Shown: positions 37,646-51,178 of the stretch, piece after piece
How positions within the stretch are numbered: position 1 is the first letter of the stretch
Layout of the letters: the number at the start of each line of letters is the position of its first letter
Notes under the pieces: model-generated
The model's input: the letters and a program-made list of their open reading frames with translations, nothing else
What the model was told of the DNA's origin: nothing
Database searches by the model: none
Program-made: the position numbers and the translations under genes
NCBI GenBank assembly: GCA_973895155.1
Contig: OZ316892.1
Coordinates: 27,924,307-27,988,306 of the forward strand
Source: Marsupella aquatica
Lineage: Eukaryota; Plantae; Marchantiophyta
Direction: 5' to 3'
DNA: 64,000 bases

Positions 37646-38112
37646 TGTCACACCATTCTGAGTAGTGTAGTAGTATATCGTGCTATTAGAGTATGTACGT
37701 TTGGTATGAGTGCTATTGGAGCCGATAAGGTTCTGTCAGGTTTGTGTGAGAGGGTACTTCTCACTTGTGAGGCATTGAAAGGTCATCTTTCAATGTTGAG
37801 CCTTGGAGAGAGAGGAGCTTGAGTGTGGCTATGGTGGCTGTGAGCTTCGCTTGTGTAACGTGGATTCCTTGAGTAGTGCAAGGTGCGTTGGCTTGACATA
37901 CGTGTGTGATCGGATCGGTGCGGGATCGATGGGGTATTGTTGACCGGGATCGTTGTGCCAATTGTATTGAGATTATTGTGGGTTTTGGACATGTGTGGAC
38001 ATGAGTTCCACTTGTATTCCATTCTCTTGTGTTTGTGATGTGGCAGTGTGACTATGTTTGGATGTATGTGACAAGCGATGTATGTTGTGTAGCGATATGT
38101 ATGCGCACGACA
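37646..38112 (+). mobile_element. Solo a-b unit (467 bp) of the element B family
   Basis: Same length as and nearly identical to 33378-33844; TG..CA ends; flanks GTCC and ACCC do not form a perfect TSD. Confidence 0.92.
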
Positions 38113-40714
38113 ACCCAAAGACTGGCCAGGGAAACAGCCTTGGCGCGCAGAGGCCACCCAATGGGTCAGAGACGAAGGAGACTTGTCAATCTAATCTACA
38201 GGTCAAACCTCTACCTTGAACAACTAAAACAATTCATAGAGGCCTTGGTGTGGCTCGTTGTTGAATACTGCCCACCACACAAGGTGAAGACTCACCAGTC
38301 AATGTTGCTCCTTATTGGGCATTGTCCACACTGCAAGTTGAAGACTTGCCATTCAATGTTGCTCATTATATATCGCGCAGTGCCCATCCCTCAAGGTGAA
38401 GACATGAGCATGGATGTCTTCACATTTCCAAATGTTACTTACAGTACACGGATCCACATAAGTTCAGAGTTTGCAATTTTCATTGCCAAAAGTGAAGTTC
38501 TAAGTTCAAACTTCAAATTGACTAGGTTGTGCACGACTCTCATCCCAAAGTGGGGTTCACTTGACACTTGGAAAATTTGGAGGTCACTCACTTATCACCT
38601 ATATGGAAACGGGAAGGCAAGGAACATCAAAGAGTGGGACACAAGGGGCTGTAATAAATGAGTTTTCCGCACACCTTGGACCTGAAGGTAAAATTGGATT
38701 AAACCCTAAACCCTGAAGTCCAAGAATTGAGTGAAACGCCACTCATGGAATTGTCATCACCAGTCATCAAATTGTAGCCACAAGATGTGTACAGGTCCAG
38801 CCACTTGTAACTCCACCCTACTTCAAGCAGCTGTACAACATGAGTTTAGAAAGTAATTATAGGTGATGTAGTTGGGATTCCAATCAGGACATCAGCGGGG
38901 CGGGGGGGGGGGGGGGTTTCTCTCCTAGAAAGTACTCACCTGGTTGAAGGCTTTCTCACCTCATTGAGGTCTTGTTGAAGAGTGATGGCTGCTGAGTAGC
39001 TTCTAGGGCATGGGCAAGGGAGATGTCTTGCGAATCCTGTTCCCCCTCAATTGATGGCAATGGCACACTCCATAATGGATCTCAGTCATAACATGCTGCA
39101 GAGCTAGGCTCAAGAATTTTGCTTATGTCTATGATGCTGGGTGAGGCCAGCCCAATCTTGGCACACCCTGAGGGCCCACATATATAACTTGTTGAAAGTT
39201 AACCATTCATGGTCAGTGTTTAGGGGTATTGCTTTAGGCTTACCTGAGGTTGGGACACAAAGTTTCACCCTGTGAGTTTATGTATAGTAATGCCCTGGTA
39301 ACAGCACATTGAGGGCCATAACACCCTAACAATCAGGCTTTAGCTTCTCCTTAAAGCACCAAACACTACAGTGCAAAGAGAAAAATTACGAAAAGAATCA
39401 AGTACAACTCTATCGCCAGCCCACAACCAGACAATACCAACAACCCCAATTATGCACATGACAGCTCCCTTCAGATGTGCCACCTCAAATTGATATAGAG
39501 AGGGGCAGTGGCAGAGAGGAATTTGTTGAAGGGTTAAGGACGCACTTGCTGGAATTTATGCAAATGATGGGTGTCAAACTTTCTATGGGATACAGTGAAA
39601 GGACATGGAGTTTGTGGAGGGTCATTACAAATGATGGGTGTCAAACAGTACTTGCAAGGTTGGGAAAAAAGGTTGTCATTCTTTTCTCGAGAATTCTGTG
39701 TACCACTTAACACAACTGCTAAAGTGCAAACTGCTCAATTTTATTAGAGGTGATGCAAAATTTTACACTGCCTGATGGTGTGTGGCTCACTCAAACTCCT
39801 CAGTTAGAGAAGTAGGACTAGAGGCCACAGTGCTTATTCTTGCAAGCCATGGGCTCAGTCATCCTATTTCCTACAGCAGAAAGACCGTGGATACTACCAT
39901 AGTGACATTTATCAAATCTATAAATTCCCCTTTTTGGGTGAGGTATTGACCTACACTACGCTTCAATGTAAAGCAAGCGGTGATCAAATCTGTTCAAGTC
40001 CAAGAGGGAACAGTCCTGAAGACATTGGTGAACTTCGCTTGAGCCTTCTCTTACAGGTGCACCAAATGTCACCTTTTTAATTTAATGGGCCTCATTGGTA
40101 CCTTCCCTCCGTAGTTCTCCATAAATGTAGAGGCCATGAATGGCAACGACCTCCAATAATGAAACCTGCATGTGTTGCAATGAAAACATGCAACCCAGTA
40201 AGGGCTTGGAAACTGGGTCCACGACACTTGCATCAAGACCCACTTGACCATGCAGCTCTAGCAGAAGAGACGATGACGATTTATTGTTGTAAACTACAGG
40301 AGCAGCAATCCAAGTATAGCTCAGTTCGAATGCTACAGGAATCCTTTTTCAATGATTGAAAATTCGGAAGCCATGTTTCAGCAACAGAGAGTAAACCTGA
40401 ACCTTCGTCGTTCCAAGGAGTACTTGAATCCCAATGCAAGGAATGAAAAAATAGAGACCAGGAGGCACATGGTCGTTAAGCCCAGGTGCGTCACTTCTCG
40501 GTCCCGTTTCTTCGACATACTTAGTACACAAAAGATAGTTCCTTCAAAGAACATTCGTACCTTGTAAAAGCACTTGCAAGCTTGCAATAATGAATGAGCC
40601 GTAGGTGTCGTCTCGTGTTTGTACCAACTACCACAGAGGTACAACTCTCTACAGATCGTCTGCAGTACAACCCAAGCTGGTTTCGACAAGGAGCTGTGTG
40701 ATCCCTTGAGCTTC

Positions 40715-43700
40715 TCACACATGGGAGCTGGATGTGACCATTGCGTTGCCTGCCTGGGTCATCCACAAGGACCATCTTGCCGCCTCCCAGAGATTTCCTG
40801 ACTTTTCAAAAGCAGCCACCAGATTTTTGTAGGTGATGCGATCTGGCATGAGACCAACTTCTTGCATTTCCTTGAAAATACTCATAGCTTTGTCTGGCAC
40901 CTCAGCCTGACCATAGGTCCCAATTAGAGTATTGTACGTCCATAAATCAGGTTTCAATCCCTCTTCCTCCATATGTTCCAAAACATTCTCTAGGTCCTCG
41001 ATCAAGCCTTTCTTTCCATAAATATTGACCAGAATGTTATACGTGTAGATGTCACCAACACATCCGGCCTTCTGCATGCGCTCAAGAACATCGTCCATTT
41101 GGCTCAAAAGGCCCGCCTTCCCATAAGCATCAAGCATAGTATTGTAAGCCTCTACCCAGAAACCAAGGTTCAAACTCTGCATCTCCCATGCTTTCGCTTC
41201 CATCTTGGCGAAGTCTCGCTGCTTACCGTAAAAATTGATGAGGGTGCTGTAGGTGATCTTATCTACTTTTCCATGCTCTTTAGCGATATTGAAAACTTCA
41301 AATGCTCTATTCAGCATCCCCGCCTTCCCATATATATCAATCATCACGTTAAAAGTTATGACGTTTGGAGAAAATCCAGCATCTAGCATAGCGTGAAATA
41401 GTCTGGAGGTCTCGTCAAGGGGCAACGGTCGTCCACAGCAGTTGATAATACAGTTCAGCATTCCCTCGTCGAGCTCAATGCCTGCATTCACGATCTTCCA
41501 GTACATCTCTACTGCCTCCTGGGATTGCCCTGCTTTTTGGTACACCCTTAACATTCCATGATATGTGTATGAATCTGGGCAGACATCTGGTTGCTGCTCT
41601 ACAGTTTGAAATATCCGTGCAGCATCTTGATGCGAGCCCACCCTCATATAAACATTTATCATCACATTATAAACAACTATGTCTAGTCTGACACCAGAAC
41701 TTCTTAGCCTGTGGTACAACCTCTCCGCCTCTTGAACCTTCTCCATCAATCCTAAGGCATTTATCATAGAGCACACAGTCGCAACGCTTGGAATGATACC
41801 CAGAGCTTCGACCTCAGAAATTACATACTCTGTTTCTGCTAACTTGCCTTTATCCTTGCACAGTGAAATAAGCTCTCGGCACAAACCCTCCTTGGGAACG
41901 AGGTTTTCCTTACGCATCAAGCGAAATGTTTCCAGAGCTTCTTTAACCCTATGAGACTTCAGATAGGCATTAAGGAGTGGACCGTAGCTTGCAGAATCTG
42001 CAAACCAACCAGCATCCCTAAGGTGGCGCAATAGCGTGTCTAGTGTTTTCAGTAATTTACCGGCTCTTTCCATGGCTCTGAGACAGGCATCCAGAGTGTG
42101 GCCGTCCGGCTTGCATCCACTGTCCTTCATATCTTGAATTGTACGCAGAATTCCTGCTGCACTACGAGTTTTCCCGTAAAGCGTAATGAGGGTATTATAA
42201 TTCTGGACCGAGGGGCGAAATTTGAGCGCTTGCATCTCTGCCAATAGCTGTAAGGCATCCTTCAACTTTCCTGCTCTCCCGCAGGCCCCAATCATAGACC
42301 TGTAGGTGCTTTCATCTGGGTTGCCTCCAATTTCTACCATTTCTCGCAAAGTCGCGTATGCCTTGTCGTACATACGAGCCTTGCCATAAAATAAGATCAT
42401 GGAATTGAAAGCAACATCATCTGCTAAGATCCCAGATTCTTGCAAACCTCTGAAAACTTTCTCAGCATCTCGGATCTTCCCTTGCTGCCCATATGCAGAA
42501 AGACGCGCTAGCCAATTAGCTTTATCTGAAACCACTCCATGGAAATCCATTTCCTCTATCATTTTTTCAGCTTCCTTATATCGCCCCGTCCGCGTGTACA
42601 TGACGATCATTGCCGTGTACCCTGCAAGAGTTTGAACTCGCCTTCCCTGTGACACAGAAAAGCGTTTTGATCTCTGGTACCCTTTGCCTACAAAAACTTG
42701 TTGCTTTCGCTGTTCCTCCAGCTTCTCCTCTTCCTTGGCATCTTCCTATGCAATATCCATACATCCAGACACACCCAGGATTAAGTTGAGCCATTCAGGA
42801 GCTCCTCACTCAGAAGCTGAGAATGGAGACCCAACATTAATCCATAACGACCAACAAAGTAGTGACGTAGGACAATCAGATTCGTTCAGATTCGATGTGA
42901 GAAGATTCATGTGAATCATTCCCACAAACAGGCCTGACTAATTCAAAGCACTAAAAGCCGACCATGACTATCTTTAAACATTCACTGGTTCCGTAACATG
43001 CATAATCTTCACATTGGACTTCTTTTTGCAAGGTCATGACCCTCAAATCAACACAAAAAACAACTCTTGATCTTCACATCGCTTCCGTGGGAACTGATTA
43101 GTGGTAATGCTAAAGACTTCAGTTAAATACCACAGGTGAAACTTCAGGGTCAAACGGGACAAGAAGCATACAAGCGTTACCATAAGCAATGCATACCTTT
43201 GAAGGCATTGGCTTGATATGTCGCCCTGTGTCCTCCGAGAATATGGTACTCTTGGCACGGCCAGCTCTGCCCTTCTGTTTGTTTGTTCGTTGAGCAAAAC
43301 AGAGTAATTGAGGGTCCACCAACCTTCCTTCGGCATCAAATACGAACTCTTTTGGGACTTGCCGTTCCTGTCCCTCTCGCTGCTCGTCGTCTTTCTCCTC
43401 TTCCTAGACAAGATGCATACCATACATTCACAAGGAATCGTAAGTTTAAGTTAAGCTACAAAACGATCATTCTTTGTGGGAACATTTCACTATGAAGATG
43501 CAGAATTGCGTTCAAAGTTTTACTAGCCTCCGAACATATCATAAATAGGGAACATCTCTCTATGAAGATTCAAAATTGCGTTCAAAGTTTACTAGCCTCC
43601 GAACAAATCATTAATAACCCGTCAGCTTACTTTGTCGTCGTCCTCGTCGTCTTCTTGCTTCTCTTGATTTTGCGGTGGTGGAGGAGGAGGAGGCTGATGT

Positions 43701-44253
43701 TGCCGATCATTCCGAGGAGGCAGGTCCATAAGAATTGATCGTGGTATGATCACACGCTCAACCTGTAAGAAAAGAAAATTGGACGTTATTACTCCACCAC
43801 AAAGACAAAGCAATGCAAACATGACTTCAGGCTCTGCAATTCCCCTGAATATTGTCTCATCCAAGGAAAAGCTATGAGTTTCTTGAGAGAAGATCATAGA
43901 GCAGGACCGGACAAGTTTACAAGAGGAGACATTGGTAACTACCTTGCACCATTGTCATATCTAAACATCTTTAGAATTGGCGTGCAAGTAATAGTTCCAG
44001 AGCTTACAGCTTCCTTCGGATCATCGACACGAACCCTGCCACGTCCCTCCAAAGCAGCAAATGCCTTAGCCGCCCTCACAGCCATTAGCTCCGCACGATG
44101 TCCCTTCCTCCCGGCCCTCGTAGTGATCTTCAGATACCTCAATGACCAGCTGTGTGGGACTTGGGAGCCACTGCTGCTCAAGCTCTGCTCCGAGCTGCGT
44201 GTCCCGCCCCGGATTACAGGAGAGCATGTATGCAGAGCTACTGCCGTCGCCAT
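40715..44253 (-). CDS. Putative chimeric plastid protein: transit peptide + CHLD-derived segment + P-class PPR tract (At4g30825/BFA2-like); exons 44253-44008, 43762-43631, 43403-43197, 42745-40715; about 871 aa
   Basis: All three introns are GT-AG, phase 0, and the joined frame is open. GHRAEL..AALEGR..VDD, VIIPRS, PPPPPPP and [19 protein letters not shown] are CHLD motifs. The last exon carries many 35-aa PPR repeats ending EAARWSLWM. The PPR exon is certain; the fusion is inferred. Confidence 0.75.
43479..43617. repeat. ~70-bp tandem duplication in an intron
   Basis: GGAACAT..CTATGAAGAT..AATTGCGTTCAAAGTTT..ACTAGCCTCCGAACA occurs twice. Confidence 0.8.
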
Positions 44254-44857
44254 TGTTCGGAACTGGCTCCCACCTCATTCCCGAGCGAAGCGAAGGCTCT
44301 TCCGAACAAACGTGTTGTCGGCAAGGAGAAATCGCAGGAACAGGCAGAGATTATGCAGATCCTTCAAAATTCTTCCAATTGCCCGTTCGACCGCGACGAC
44401 CACCGAAATCCCCGATTGCCCTACAGCCATTCAAGCGCACTCCAGGAGGAGCCATGAAAGCAGAATTCCCGTAGCAATTCAGATGTCAAATTGGAAGATC
44501 AGTGAATGCCCGAGCACAGATGGCGGTGGCAAAGCAGAGTTCTCTTTGCGGAGCTTGAGAAAATGCATCAAAATCGGACCCAAATAAATTGAGGGGTAGA
44601 GCACAGATTGCTGCGCGCAGCAGTGAGGAAATGCTGGAGCCCAGTTGCGACCGAATTGAACGAATCAAAAGGAGAGCTCTCCGAATGGTGAGACACAGAG
44701 TGAGAGGAGGAGGAGGAGGAGGAGAGGAGGAGCACAACGAGAGGTAATGCGACAGTGCAGAATCGCGTAAAAGGTGACACACTTTTCTCTGTCTCCCGAT
44801 CTTCGTGGGGAGCGATCGCAGCCTCTCGTTACTTCTATCCACTGAGACTCCCGTAGG

Positions 44858-45690
44858 CTCAGCTGAAACGCTCAATGCGGTCTCTGTGGGACCCAGGCAC
44901 CCGTCTCTCAAACCCGGATGGCCCCAATTTGTGAACCATTTAATCCTCATGGACCCATGACATCCTTTGCACCTCGCTTAGCTTAATAAACCAAAAATGA
45001 ACCAAGTTCAAATAAACCAAAAAATGCTCTATTTTGCCCTCAGTGGTAGTGAAAGGGCTTTCTTGCATGTGCAAGAGTACTAACAAAAACGGCCCTTACC
45101 AACCCACATGTGTATGTAAAAAGTGAAATGCAAATCTGCACACAATCACCCAAGGCAAGAAGTGTGATGTGCCCACCTCAGTGACGTCGAAAAGATTGCT
45201 TTGTTTTATATAACATGCAAAGGTAGGGACGGTAAGGGCGCAAATGTTGCGGCCCTTGCCCTTGAAACTCCTGAAGTTCTGTTGTGAGGACTGGCTGAAG
45301 GCAAGAAAGTCTCTTGCAGTACAAACCTGGCATGAGTTCACTTAGAGGGCCAATTTTTTGGAGACTGATGTGGTCTCTGTGGGACTGCAGGCACCCCTTT
45401 CTCAAGCCAGGATGGCACCAGTTACCATACAATCCCCATAGACTGTGACACCCCTTAGAGTGGCTCAGCTCAAATGCTCAATGCATTCTTGGGACCCAAG
45501 TACCCAAGTACCCAAATCTGAAGCCCAGAAGGCCCAAATTTGTGAACCATTCAATTCCAATGGACCCTGACATTACACTGGCTCAACTCAAATGCTCAAT
45601 GTGGTCTCCGTAAGACCCAGGCACCCAAAGCTTGAACCCGGATGGCCCGAGTTTGTGAACCATACAATTTGGATTGACCGTGACATCCTT
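44858..45690. repeat. Four diverged copies of a ~110-120-bp repeat
   Basis: GCTCAATG..GGTCTC..GGACCCAGGCACCC..GGATGGCCC..TTTGTGAACCAT..GAC..TGACA at about 44870, 45365, 45475 and 45593. Confidence 0.65.
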
Positions 45691-46339
45691 TACACTGTCC
45701 ATCTCTCCCACTCTTTATGTTACTTCTCCAAAGTTTTTGGATCTAAGCTAATAATTTGCAATGGAAAGCTATACTTTGCAGCCTATTGTCTGCCTGGCGG
45801 TGATTGCAGATAAAAAAAGCAGCAATATACAATACAGTGTACAATGTGGCAAGTGCACACAGGGTGAATGGATTATCTATACCACAATTAGTCTGATTGT
45901 AAACTTATATCATTTAGTGTCTATTGTCCAGAGTGAAACCTCGAGACAAGTGAAACCTCTAGACGGTGACTCGGGTGCAGGAAAGTTTTGGGGTGAGGCA
46001 ACAGATCTAAAATCTGCCACCTTACAATGCTTAAAATTGCCGCAATGCCAATTCAAACAGAGGCAAAACAGATTTCAGGTTCATTTCAAGTGGGATATAG
46101 TAGCCAGAAAAAGAGAGACAGCTTCAAGCTCTAAGTTGGAGGGGAAATTATTCCAAAATGCTTTTGAAATAAAGATCTCTTAGGCCTTAATTAATATGCC
46201 TAAAGGCCTAAGAGATTTGTATTATTACTAATTTTAGTAAAATAGAGGAGAATCTTACTGAAGAGGTGATCCAAATCACTAACTGGCATTCTTCTCCAAC
46301 AACATTGGGAAATACAAGGGAAAAATCACAAAGATCATC

Positions 46340-47415
46340 AAGACAATTCACACTTCAGAGAGAAACCTTTCTTCTCCAAGAATGCACTGAAAAATACAAA
46401 GGGAAAGAACACTAACTGAATTAAAACTATTCACACTTCAGAGGGTAACCTGTCTTCTCCAAGAATGCACTGAAAAATACAAAGGGAATTTGCACTTCAC
46501 AGAGAAACCCTTTTTTCTCCAAGAATGCACCTAAAAATACAAAGGGGAAAAAGCACTAAGATTAAGATAATTTACACTTCAGAGGGAAAATTTTCTTCTC
46601 CAAGAATGCACTGAAAAATTCAAAGTGAAAGATATTGAAGTGCATTAAGATAATTCTCACTTCACAGAGAAACCTTTCATCTCCAGGAATTCACTGAAAA
46701 ATTAAAAAACACAAAGGGAATTCACATTTTGGACAGAAACCTTTCTTTTCCAAGAACAAGCTGAAAATACAAAGGGAAAAATCACAAAACTAAGTGCTTT
46801 AAGATGATTTGCACTTCAGAGAGAAACCTTTAGTCCCCAACAATTCACTGAAAAATACAACAGGAATTCGCACTTCAGAGATAAACCTTTCAAAGAGAAA
46901 CCTTGCTTCTCCAAGAATGCACTGAAATACAAAGGGAAAAACAAATACAAAAGGAATTTGCACTCTAGAGATAAACCTTTCAAAGCGAAACTTTTCTTCT
47001 CCAAAAATGCACTGAAATACAAAGGGAAGAATAAATACAAAAGGAATTCGCACTCCAGCGATAAACCTTTCTTCTCCAAGAATGCACTGAAATACAAAGG
47101 GAAAAATAAATACTAAAGGAATTCGCACTTCAGAGACAAACCTCGCAAAGAGAAACCTTCGTCTCCAAGAATGCACTGAAATACAAAGGGAAGAATAAAT
47201 ACAAAAGGAATCCGCATTTCAGAGATAATCGTTGCATAGAGAAACCTTTCTTCTCCAAGAATGCACTGAAATACAAAGGGAAGAATAAATACAAAAGGAA
47301 TTCGCACTTCAGAGACAAACCTTTCAAAGAGAAACCTTTCTTCTCCAAGAATGCACTGAAATACAAAGGGAAAACTCACGAAAGGCATTAAGATGTTTCG
47401 TACAGAGAGAAACAT
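46340..47415. repeat. Minisatellite array, ~60-77-bp unit (CACTTCAGAGA..AAACCTTTCTTCTCCAAGAATGCACTGAAATACAAAGGG)
   Basis: Roughly 15 head-to-tail copies, more homogeneous toward the right end. Confidence 0.9.
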
Positions 47416-47601
47416 TCATGAGTCAAACTCGATGCGAAATCTGCAAAACACTTCGATTTTATTTGACCCTTCTGTCAACTCATCACAGTAGCTGCAATGC
47501 TGCAATGGAGTAATGATTAATCGTCTATCGATTTGCTGTGTTGGGTCCTGTCAGCTACTCCGCTTGCTTGCTGGTCCACCGCACAAATATCGAGAGAGAC
47601 T

Positions 47602-49964
47602 ATGGATTCCTCCGTTCTGGTGAGTCGTGCGATGCAGGTGACCACTCCCCGTCCATGGATTCGTCTTCCAGACCGTGGTGGTATAGTAGTCTCCCCACCG
47701 GTTTCGTCAATTTGTGTATTCAGCAGCAGCAGCTCGCCCGGACATCGTCGCCTCAGCGATGCTGCATTTCGAGGAGGAGTGTTTTCATCGGCCAGGGCTC
47801 TCTCTGGCAATTTTTATGACAGAGAGAACAAGACGCTGAAGAGCAGACAGTCGCGTGTGGCCGAATCTGCGGTGGTTGCTGTTGTTTCTGCCAAGGCGGC
47901 GGGAGGGGCTGTGGACGTTCTGGTCGAAAATGAGCCTCTGATGGAGTTGAGGGAAGGCCAAACTCAGTTTTTCCACCTGCTGCCTTCGGGTTTGAGAATG
48001 GAGGTCATCTGCCAGAAGTCATCGGTCAATGGAGACTCGAGCAGAGCTCCTCTGTTGTTTGTTCATGGAAGTTATCATGGGGCGTGGTGCTGGGCTTGTT
48101 TGTGGATGCCCTACTTTGCTGCTCGCGGTCATGACTGCTACGCCATCAGCCTCCTTGGCCAGGTTTCATTTGTGCTTTAGATTCTTGCCAAATTTAAGTC
48201 TAGAGAATGCCTGTTGTCGGTACGGGATGTCCCAGATGTCTCTGCGACTAAGTTGAGTGGTGTTTGCTTCAATGTGTGTAGATAAGAATCCATGATGATG
48301 TAATTGAGGATGAGCCGATTGTTGTAAACGGCTTCTTGTAGGTATCCTACTGTTGAATGGTAGTGCTATTCCAAGATCTTCATGTAAATTGATCTTGGTG
48401 GAAAATGAGATCTAACCTGGAACTTTGTACATTTCATTTGTCACAGGGAGCAAGTGATCTGCCTTCAGGAAAAGTTTCTTTCTCCCTTCAGGTATGGCAC
48501 GGTGCTATCGGCTTTCGAAAACCTAAGCACAACGTCGGAGAGACTCCTGGGCAGACTCTATGGTGTTATTAGGCCGGTTCTCCGACCTCAGTTGCATTGA
48601 ATGGCCGGGAGACCTGTGTGAAATGCTTTCTTACGATAAATGTCTCTGCCTCGTTCACTATCTGTGGGATTAGTTAGCAAGAAGTGTCTAATGACGTCCA
48701 ATTATCTGTTGCAGTAGTCACATGGAGAAGACCTGGCTCACTTTATCAACAACAACGTGAGTGCACCGCCTGTGCTGATCGGGCATTCGTTCGGAGGTCT
48801 CATTGTTCAATGGTTCTTCTCTCTTACAACCTTCGGACAGGAGGAACCATTTCCGAGCATTGCAGCTGCAGCTCTACTTTGTTCAACTCCTCCAACTGGA
48901 AATGGGTACTTTGCTAAGCTTTGACTGTCTCCCTGGGTGGATAGTAGGCAGCTTGTATATACGCAGCCAACTAGATTGGCTTCCCAATTTTGCTTCACTT
49001 ACTAGAACTGGGCCAATTGTGTTCAGGGAAATGGTGAAGCGCTTCATCAAGAGAGATTTATTTTCTTCCTTGCAGGTATTGCCCATTTAAATTCCAGTTT
49101 GCAGTGCATTTCACCAACTTGTAGTCAACTGGTGGAATTACGACGGTGATAGTTTAACAACCTGTCTAGACTGTTTAATTGTGACGTCTTTTGTATCAGA
49201 AGTTTTTGGTCGGGATCTGCAGCAGGTGGAAGCGACTGACTTTCTTTGAATATCTCTGTTAAAAATGCAGATTACTCTAAGTTTGGCAGCGAAGATGTTT
49301 GGGACCTCACTATCTATGTGTCGGAAATCGTTTTTCTCTCCAGAAATGCCCGAGGCAGATGTCCGAAAGTTAGTCGTCTCTCCCACCCTTTCTAATGCTC
49401 AGAGTTTTCGAACTTCAATTGGTTGAAGCCTTGAATTCTTTGAAGAGGAAACGAAGCTTGTAGAATGACTGGCTCTGTTTGCTAAGTCATTTCGTGGATG
49501 AAAACGTTGTTTGCAGATACCAACAGGTGCTCAAGCGGAGTTCACGTTGTCCAATGATAGACTTGCAGAAGCTCAATGACTCTTTGCCCATACCAAAGCT
49601 TCCACCACAAGCACTTCCTGTGTGTGTCCTTGCTGCTGAGAACGACTTCATTGTGGTCAGTGCTTTACTCTTAACGTCTTGTCCTTGATAGTCTTACAGT
49701 CGGGATGAATTTTGGTTATCCCAGAAAGTCTTGTGGTTGTATTTCTGCTCGGGTGAGCAGAAGGTCTTGGAATACATCAGGCCGGTTAGGATAACTCACC
49801 TCTTATTTGCTGTTCAGGATCGCGAAGGCTCACTAGAAACAGCAGAATGGTATGGGACCGAGCCCTTGGTCATCACTGGGATTGCACATGATATTATGCT
49901 CGACTCTGCATGGGAGAAGGCTGCTGAAGCTTTGCAGTCTTGGCTGGATGGTCAAGGACTTTAG
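47602..49964 (+). CDS. Alpha/beta-hydrolase fold protein, multi-exon, possibly organelle-targeted
   Basis: LLFVHGSYHGAWCW, nucleophile elbow GHSFGG (about 48781), ENDFIV, AHDIMLD; Ser/Arg-rich N-terminus; GT-AG introns. Confidence 0.85.
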
Positions 49965-51178
49965 GAATTTGTACGTCGCCCCATATGTGTAAGAAATTCT
50001 AAGGGTCAATTGTGATGAGGGCCTGACAGATTTAGTATAAATGTATTGAGATGGATTTTTGTGACCAACCACGAAGTTTCAATTATCTTTTCTTCGTTCC
50101 TTTTCGTTTTCTGCTCAGGATGCCAAACATTTCAGTTTGTTTTTACGTACCTCCGAAGTCCTAGCTTATTACTTTTAAGTTTTTGACTCGTGAAGTTTTT
50201 TGGACCTCAATCTAGCACCACGTTCAATTCACGGTATGCACAAGATCTGAAACAACTCTTCTGTATTTTCGTCTAAGCTGATAGTGTAGCATTCCAGTGT
50301 TTCCCAGCCCGTTGAAAAATGTTAAAATCTGATTCACTCTTCACCCAGTATTGCTGACAACCGCTATAGGAACGTGCCTGACAAATATATAACACAAATC
50401 TTGAAGTTCCAGAGGTGGGCAATATACTACAAGTTAGGGGAAGTCCCAAGAGAAGATCCAGGGCTGGCAAACAATGGTGAGAATGCCATCTCAGTACCAG
50501 AGTAAGGCTATTGACTCTCGAGGAGCCCAAAGCTGGGAAGGGTTTTACTATCATGGAATGACATGGCCAGAAGAAAGACAACAGTGACACGCTTTGTCAA
50601 CATTCAGCTGTTCGTTTCTGTTGCGTGTCACTCGAATTTGATAATTAGCAGACACTGTCCAAGTACAGTGTGTGACCCCCCATACACACGATCGAAGAAA
50701 TCCTTCAAGGGATGTCACTATTGTGAATGATCTCTGCTTTGTTCGAAGCTTGTACAATGAGGAGGTGAAGAACTCTAGATCATGAATGGTGCGCCCAAAC
50801 CAAGAAGGGCAATTCATCGGCCCTGGATTGCAATAACTATGCATCTTCCAGGGAAAGCAGAGCCGGAAAGCAGAGCGTTTCTGTAGCATTGTTGTTACAG
50901 AAAGCGATCGACGTAGGAAGGAAAGAAATAGAGCATATTGCACACAAAGACCCAAGTACAATTGCAAGTAACTCAAGTAAGGAACTGAGTGCAGATTGCA
51001 GCGGGGATCCCAGAATTTATCTTGAACTACACATGGTTTAGGTGATGCTCTAGAATGGGGGACGATCCACTAGACCGCAGAACGTTACATTGCCACTTCT
51101 TTGTGGTTGTTGACGGCTTAGTATCAGCCGTGAAAAAATCTTAAATTTCCTTGGATCGATTTGCTTCGATTTGCTCTA

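Noticed and set aside
38113-39900. ORF 38029-38661 and neighbouring sequence as a gene or defined element
   Set aside because: The ORF starts inside the solo repeat and has no motif; the region may be decayed repeat but I cannot assign it.
46340-47415. CRISPR-like array (also 55385-55806 and 15417-15830)
   Set aside because: Head-to-tail units without unique spacers, no cas genes, eukaryotic context. ORFs called over these arrays are repeat translations.
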